A stretch of 64,000 nt of DNA, from the NCBI GenBank assembly GCA_964016885.1, contig OZ024741.1, positions 396,118,001 through 396,182,000 on the forward strand. The letters are read 5' to 3'. The position numbers and the translations under genes were made by a program. The stretch comes from Eledone cirrhosa (Eukaryota). The notes beneath the pieces are model-generated. The model was not told the DNA's origin, ran no database searches, and saw only the letters and a program-made list of their open reading frames with translations. Positions 57,330 to 64,000 of this stretch are shown here, piece by piece (position 1 is the stretch's first letter; the number at the start of each line of letters is the position of its first letter).

Positions 57330-60161
57330 ACACCACAAGAGTCAAAGTGCATCAATCAGCCACACCACAAGGGTCAAAGTGCATCAATCAGTCACACCAC
57401 AAGGGTCAAAGTGCATCAATCAGCCACACCACAAGGGTCAAAGTGCATCAATCAGTCACACCACAAGGGTCAAAGTGCATCAATCAGTCACACCACAAGA
57501 GTCAAAGTGCATCAATCAGTCACACCACAAGGGTCAAAGTGCATCAACCAGTCACACCACAAGAGTTAAAGTGCATCAATCAGTCACACCACAAGGGTCA
57601 AAGTGCATCAATCAGTCACACCACAAGGGTCAAAGTGCATCAATCAGTCACACCACAAGGGTCAAAGTGCTTCAATCAGTCACACCACAAGGGTGAAAGG
57701 ACATCAATTGGTCACACCACAAGAGTCAAAGTGCATCAATCAGTCACACCACAAGGGTCAAAGTGCATCAATCAGTCACACCACAAGGGTCAAAGTGCTT
57801 CAATCAGTCACACCACAAGGGTCAAAGTGCATCAATCAGTAACACCACAAGAGTCAAAGAGCATCAATCAGTCACACCACAAGGGTCAACGTGCATCAAT
57901 CAGTCACACCACAAGGGTCAAAGTGCATCAATCAGTCACACCACAAGGGTCAAAGTGCATCAATCAGTCACACCACAAGGGTCAAAGTGCATCAATCAGC
58001 CACACCACAAGGGTCAAAGTGCATCAATCAGTCACACCACAAGAGTCAAAGTGCATCAATCAGCCTCACCACAAGAGTCAAAGTGCATCAATAATTTACA
58101 CCACAAGAGTCAAAGTGCATCAATCAGTCACACCACAAGAGTCAAAGTGCATCGATCAGTCACACCACAAGAGTCAAAGTGCATCAATCAGTTACACCAC
58201 AAGAGTCAAAATGCATCAATCAGTCACACCACAAGGGTCAAAGTGCATCAATCAACCACACCACAAGGGTCAGAGTACATCAATCAGTCACACCACAAGA
58301 GTCAAAGTGCATCAATCAGTCACACCACAAGGGTCAAAGTGCATCAATCAGTTAAACCACAAGAGTCAAAGTGCATCAATCAGTTACACCACAAGAGTCA
58401 AAGTGCATCAATCAGTCACACCACAAGAGTCAAAGTGCATCAATCAATCACACCACAAGGGTCAAAGTGCATCAATCAGTCACACCACAAGGGTCAAAGT
58501 GCATCAATCAGTCACACCACAAGAGTCAAAGTGCATCAATCAGTTACACCACAAGAGTCAAAGTGCATCAATCAGTCACACCACAAGGGTCAATGTGCAT
58601 CAATCAGTTACACCACAAGAGTCAATGTGCATCAATCAGTTACACCACAAGAGTCAAAGTGCATCAATCAGACACACCACAATGGTCAAAGTGCATCAAT
58701 CAGTTACACCACAAGAGTCAAAGTGCATCAATCAGTCACACCACAAGAGTCAAAGTGCATCAATCAGTCACACCACAAGGGTCAAAGTGCATCAATCAGT
58801 CACACCACAAGGGTCAAAGTGCATTAATCAGTCACACCACAAGAGTCAAAGTGCATCAATCAGTCACACCACAAGGGTCAAAGTGCATCAATCAGTCACA
58901 CCACAAGGGTCAAAGTGCATCAATCAGTCACACCACAAGGGTCAAAGTGCATCAATCAGTCACACCACAAGCGTCAAAGTGCATCAATCAGTCACACCAC
59001 AAGGGTCAAATTCCTTCAATCAGTCACACCACAAGGGTCAAAGTGCATCAATCAGTCACACCACAAGAGTTAAAGTGCATCAATCAGTCACACCACAAGG
59101 GTCAAAGTGCATCAATCAGTCACAGCACTAGGGTCAAAGTGCATCAATCAGTCACACCACAAGGGTCAAAGTGCATCAATCAGTCACACCACAAGGGTCA
59201 AAGTGCATCAATCAGTCACACCACAAGAGTCAAAGTGCATCAATCAGCCACACCACAAGGGTCAAAGTGCATCAATCAGTCACACCACAAGGGTCAAAGT
59301 GCATCAATCAGCCACACCACAAGTGTCAAAGTGCATCAATCAGTCACACCACAAGGATCAAAGTGCATCAATCAGTCACACCACAAGAGTCAAAGTGCAT
59401 CAATCAGTCAAACCACAAGGGTCAAAGTCGTTCAACCAGTCACACCACAAGAGTTAAAGTGCATCAATCAGTCACACCACAAGGGTCAAAGTGCATCAAT
59501 CAGTCACACCACAAGGGTCAAAGTGCATCAATCAGTCACACCACAAGGGTCAAAGTGCTTCAATCAGTCACACCACAAGGGTGAAAGGACATCAATTGGT
59601 CACACCACAAGAGTCAAAGTGCATCAATCAGTCACACCACAAGGGTCAAAGTGCATCAATCAGTCACACCACAAGGGTCAAAGTGCTTCAATCAGTCACA
59701 CCACAAGGGTCAAAGTGCATCAATCAGTAACACAACAAGAGTCAAAGAGCATCAATCAGTCACACCACAAGGGTCAACGTGCATCAATCAGTCACACCAC
59801 AAGGGTCATAGTGCATCAATCAGTCACACCACAAGGGTCAAAGTGCATCAATCAGTCACACCACAAGGGTCAAAGTGCATCAATCAGCCACACCACAAGG
59901 GTCAAAGTGCATCAATCAGTCACACCACAAGAGTCAAAGTGCATCAATCAGCCTCACCACAAGAGTCAAAGTGCATCAATCAGTTACACCACAAGAGTCA
60001 AAGTGCATCAATCAGTCACACCACAAGAGTCAAAGTGCATCGATCAGTCACACCACAAGAGTCAAAGTGCATCAATCAGTTACACCACAAGAGTCAAAGT
60101 GCATCAATCAGTCACACCACAAGGGTCAAAGTGCATCAATCAACCACACCACAAGGGTCAA
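53531..60161 (+). repeat. Longest contiguous paralogous block (~6.6 kb): copy of ~36460-43090 (+17071)
   Basis: ORFs pair as 40150..42060/57221..59131, 40692..41756/57763..58827 and 42100..42513/59171..59584. Shared rare variants include CAATAATTTAC, CAGAGTACAT, AAGTCGTTCAACC and GTCATAGTG. Confidence 0.9.
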
Positions 60162-61390
60162 AGTGCATCAATCAGTCACACCACAAGGGTCAAAGTACAT
60201 CAATCAGTTACACCACAAGAGTCAAAGTGCATCAATCAGTTACACCACAAGAGTCAAAGTGCATCAATCAGTCACACCACAAGGGTGAAAGTGCATCAAT
60301 CAGTTACACCACAAGAGTCAATGTGCATCAATCAGTTACACCACAAGAGTCAAAGTGCATCAATCAGACACACCACAAGGGTCAAAGTGCATCAATCAGT
60401 TACACCACAAGAGTCAAAGTGCATCAATCAGTTACACCACAAGAGTCAAAGTGCATCAATCAGTCACACCACAAGAGTCAAAGTGCATCAATCAGTCACA
60501 CCACAAGGGTCAAAGTGCATCAATCAGTCACACCACAAGGGTCAAAGTGCATCAATCAGTAACACAACAAGAGTCAAAGAGCATCAATCAGTCACACCAC
60601 AAGGGTCAACGTGCATCAATCAGTCACACCACAAGGGTCATAGTGCATCAATCAGTCACACCACAAGGGTCAAAGTGCATCAATCAGTCACACCACAAGG
60701 GTCAAAGTGCATCAATCAGCCACACCACAAGGGTCAAAGTGCATCAATCAGTCACACCACAAGAGTCAAAGTGCATCAATCAGCCTCACCACAAGAGTCA
60801 AAGTGCATCAATCAGTTACACCACAAGAGTCAAAGTGCATCAATCAGTCACACCACAAGAGTCAAAGTGCATCGATCAGTCACACCACAAGAGTCAAAGT
60901 GCATCAATCAGTTACACCACAAGAGTCAAAGTGCATCAATCAGTCACACCACAAGGGTCAAAGTGCATCAATCAACCACACCACAAGGGTCAAAGTGCAT
61001 CAATCAGTCACACCACAAGGGTCAAAGTACATCAATCAGTTACACCACAAGAGTCAAAGTGCATCAATCAGTTACACCACAAGAGTCAAAGTGCATCAAT
61101 CAGTCACACCACAAGGGTGAAAGTGCATCAATCAGTTACACCACAAGAGTCAATGTGCATCAATCAGTTACACCACAAGAGTCAAAGTGCATCAATCAGA
61201 CACACCACAAGGGTCAAAGTGCATCAATCAGTTACACCACAAGAGTCAAAGTGCATCAATCAGTTACACCACAAGAGTCAAAGTGCATCAATCAGTCACA
61301 CCACAAGAGTCAAAGTGCATCAATCAGTCACACCACAAGGGTCAAAGTGCATCAATCAGTCACACCACAAGGGTCAAAGTGCATCAATCA
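59690..61390 (+). repeat. Tandem duplication, 26-monomer unit (832 bp)
   Basis: ORFs 59875..60288 and 60707..61120 are identical, and stops 59730/60562 pair. GTAACACAACAAG, GTCATAGTG and GCCTCACC recur at +832. Confidence 0.88.
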
Positions 61391-64000
61391 GTCACACCAC
61401 AAGAGTCAAAATGCATCAATCAGTCACACCACAAGGGTCAAAGTGCATCAATCAGTCACACCACAAGGGTCAAAGTGCATCAATCAGTCACAACACAAGG
61501 GTCAAAGTGCATCAATCAGTCACACCACAAGAGTCAAAGTGCATCAATCAGTCACACCACAAGGGTCAGATTCCTTCAATCAGTCACACCACAAGAGTCA
61601 AAGTGCATCAATCAGTCACACCACAAGGGTCAAAGTGCATCAATCAGTCACACCACAAGGGTCAAAGTGTTTCAATCAGTCACACCACAAGGGTCAAAGT
61701 GCATCAATCAGTCACACCACAAGGGTCAAAGTATTTCAATCAGTCACACCACAAGGGTCAAAGTGCATCAATCAGTCACACCACAAGAGTGAAAGTGCAT
61801 CAATCAGTCACACCACAAGGGTCAAAGTGCATCAATCAGTCATACCACAAGGGTCAAATTCCTTCAATCAGTCACACCACAAGGGTCAAATTCCTTCAAT
61901 CAGTCACACCACAAGGGTCAAATTGCATCAATCAGTCACACCACAAGGGTCAAAGTGTTTCAATCAGTCACACCACAAGGGTCAAAGTGCATCAATCAGT
62001 CACACCACAAGGGTCAAAGTGTTTCAATCAGTCACACCACAAGGGTCAAAGTGAATCAATCAGTCACACCACAAGGGTCAAAGTGTTTCAATAAGTCACA
62101 CCACAAGGGTCAAATTCCTTCAATCAGTCACACCACAAGGGTCAAAGTGCATCAATCAGTCACACCACAAGAGTCAAAGTGCTTCAATCAGTCACACCAC
62201 AAGGGTCAAATTCCTTCAATCAGTCACACCACAAGGGTCAAAGTGCATCAATCAGTCACACCACAAGGGGCAAAGTGCATCAATCAGCCACACCACAAGG
62301 GTCAAAGTGCATCAATCAGTCACACCACAAGAGTCAAAGTGCATCAATCAGTCACACCACAAGAGTCAAAGTGCATCAATCAGTGACACCACAAGGGTCA
62401 AAGTGCATCAATCAGTCACACCACAAGGGTCAAAGTGCATCAATCAGTCACACCACAAGGGTCAAAGTGCATCAATCAGTCACACCACAAGAGTCAAAGT
62501 GCATCAATCAGTCACACCACAAGAGTCAAAGTGCATCAATCAGTCATACCACAAGGGTCAAATTCCTTCAATCAGTCACACCACAAGGGTCAAAGTGCAT
62601 CAATCAGTCACACCACAAGGGTCAAAGTGCATCAATCAGTCACACCACAAGAGTCAAATTGCTTCAATCAGTCACACCACAAGGGTCAAATTCCTTTAAT
62701 CAGTCACACCACAAGGGTCAAAGTGCATCAATCAGTCACACCACAAGGGTCAAAGTGATCAATCAGTCACACCACAAGGGTCAAATTCCTTCAATCAGTC
62801 ACACCACAAGGGTCAAAGTGCATCAATCAGTCACACCACAAGGGTCAAACTGCATCAATCAGTCACACCACAAGGGTCAAAGTGCATCAATCAGTCACAC
62901 CACAAGGGTCAAAGTGCATCAATCAGTCACACCACAAGGGTCAAAGTGTTTCAATCAGTCACACCACAAGGGTCAAAGTGCATCAATCAGTCACACCACA
63001 AGGGTCAAAGTGCATCAATCAGTCACACCACAAGGGTCAAAGTGCATCAATCAGTCACACCACAAGGGTCAAAGTGCATCAATCAGTCACACCACAAGAG
63101 TCAAAGTGCATCAATCAGTCACACCACAAGGGTCAAATTCCTTCAATCAGTCACACCACAATAGTCAAAGTGCATCAATCAGTCACACCACAAGGGTCAA
63201 AGTGCATCAATCAGTTACACCACAAGGGTCAAAGTGCATCAATCAGTCACACCACAAGGGTCAAATTCCTTCAATCAGTCACACCACAAGGGTCAAAGTG
63301 CATCAGTCAGTCACACCGCAAGAGTCAAAGTGCATCAATCAGTCACACAACAAGGGTCAAAGTGCATCAATCAGCCACACCACAAGGGTCAAAGTGCATC
63401 AATCAGTCACACCACAAGGGTCAAAGTGCATCAATCAGTCACACCACAAGAGTCAAAGTGCATCATTCAGTCACACCACAAGGGTCAAAGTGCATCAATC
63501 AGTCACACCACAAGGGTCAAAGTGCATCAATCAGTCACACCACAAGGGTCAAAGTGCATCAATCAGTCACACCACAAGGGTCAAAGTGCATCAATCAGTC
63601 ACACCACAAGGGTCAAAGTGCATCAATCAGTCACACCACAAGGGTCAAATTCCTTCATTCAGTCACACCACAAGGGTCAAAGTGCATCAATCAGTCACAC
63701 CACAAGTGTCAAAGTGCATCAATCAGACACACCACAAGGGTCAAAGTGCATCAATCAGTCACACCACAAGGGTCAAAGTGCATCACAGTCACACCACATG
63801 GGTCAAAGTGCATCAATCAGTCACACCAAAAGGGTCAAAGTGCATCAATCAGTCACACCACAAGAGTCAAAGTGCATCAATCAGCCACACCACAAGGGTC
63901 AAAGTGCATCAATCAGTCACACCACAAGGGTCAAAGTGCATCAATCAGTCAGACCACAAGGGTCAAAGTGGATCAGTCAGTCACACCACAAGGGTCAAAG
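61035..64000 (+). repeat. Fourth copy of the ~36960-39926 block (+24074), truncated by the window end
   Basis: ORFs pair as 37113..37718/61187..61792, 37881..38312/61955..62386 and 38872..39090/62946..63164. Shared variants are AAGGGGCAAAG, the GTGATCAATC deletion, CACAATAG and CAGTCAGTCACACCGC. Confidence 0.88.

Larger units (their letters stand above)
1..64000 (+). repeat. 32-bp tandem satellite array, consensus TCAAAGTGCATCAATCAGTCACACCACAAGRG, ~2001 copies, extends beyond both window ends
   Basis: Seen directly: monomers start at 1, 33, 65 and so on, still in phase at 25921 (810x32+1). The last full monomer starts at 63963, which matches the net -38 bp of the indels I counted. Consensus composition is A12 C9 G6 T5 (47% GC) with no CpG. 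No non-repeat sequence was seen. Confidence 0.99.

Noticed and set aside
38-63164. Numerous long + strand ORFs (up to 1755 aa) as protein-coding genes
   Set aside because: They overlap in all three frames with the same peptide and nearly all begin at the repeat's GTG/TTG rather than ATG. They end at sporadic variant-created stops and have no unique N- or C-terminal domain. The 32-bp period is not a multiple of 3, unlike real coding repeats such as mucins or adhesins.
1-64000. CRISPR array (32 bp is a typical repeat length)
   Set aside because: Repeats are directly adjacent with no unique spacers. There is no leader, no cas gene and no clear internal palindrome. The variable 5-bp box has only a small set of recurring alleles.
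1-64000. Telomerase-made telomeric tract (C/A-rich versus G/T-rich strand bias)
   Set aside because: The unit is longer than telomerase repeats I know of, and variants are inherited in multi-kilobase duplicated blocks, which points to recombination or replication-based growth. A subtelomeric or recombination-maintained terminal location cannot be excluded.
1-64000. Rolling-circle or sequencing concatemer of a 32-nt oligo or adapter
   Set aside because: Identical rare multi-base variants and indels recur in ordered, hierarchical blocks with graded divergence, which random error would not produce. I recognise no adapter sequence.
1-64000. G-quadruplex, i-motif or hairpin-forming array
   Set aside because: There is only one GGG per 32 bp, often interrupted to GAG, giving 29-nt loops. 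Self-complementarity is limited to very short elements such as TGCA and the variant palindromes CAATTG and ATCGAT.
1-64000. Embedded transposon, inversion, tRNA/rRNA gene or unique island
   Set aside because: The monomer phase is fully accounted for from 1 to 64000 by 24 small indels. I saw no reverse-orientation monomer (CCCTTGTGGTGTGACTG) and no foreign sequence.
1-64000. Variant monomer order as an encoded message or diversity-generating cassette system
   Set aside because: The order is explained by descent through block duplication. There is no reverse transcriptase, recombinase, expression site or template/variable pair in the window.

Overview
The whole 64 kb window is one uninterrupted head-to-tail tandem array (satellite/minisatellite type) of a 32-bp monomer, consensus TCAAAGTGCATCAATCAGTCACACCACAAG(G/A)G. 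By my phase count it holds 2001 complete monomers plus 6 bp, all in the same orientation, and it runs off both ends. I saw no unique sequence, spacers, inversions or inserted elements. The ORF track is an artefact: the + strand consensus has no stop codon in any frame, and because 32 is not a multiple of 3 every frame gives the same cyclic 32-aa peptide. The information lies in the variant monomers. They show a conserved ancestral order of marker monomers (about 50-65 monomers long), nested in-register duplications of 0.5-7 kb, only 24 indels of 6 types, a hypervariable 5-bp box at monomer positions 6-10, and a consensus that resembles DR1/HNF4, PBX and RUNX motifs. I can support no protein-coding gene, RNA gene, CRISPR array or mobile element. 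The host and chromosomal location cannot be determined from this window, and block boundaries were read by eye to about +/-1 monomer.
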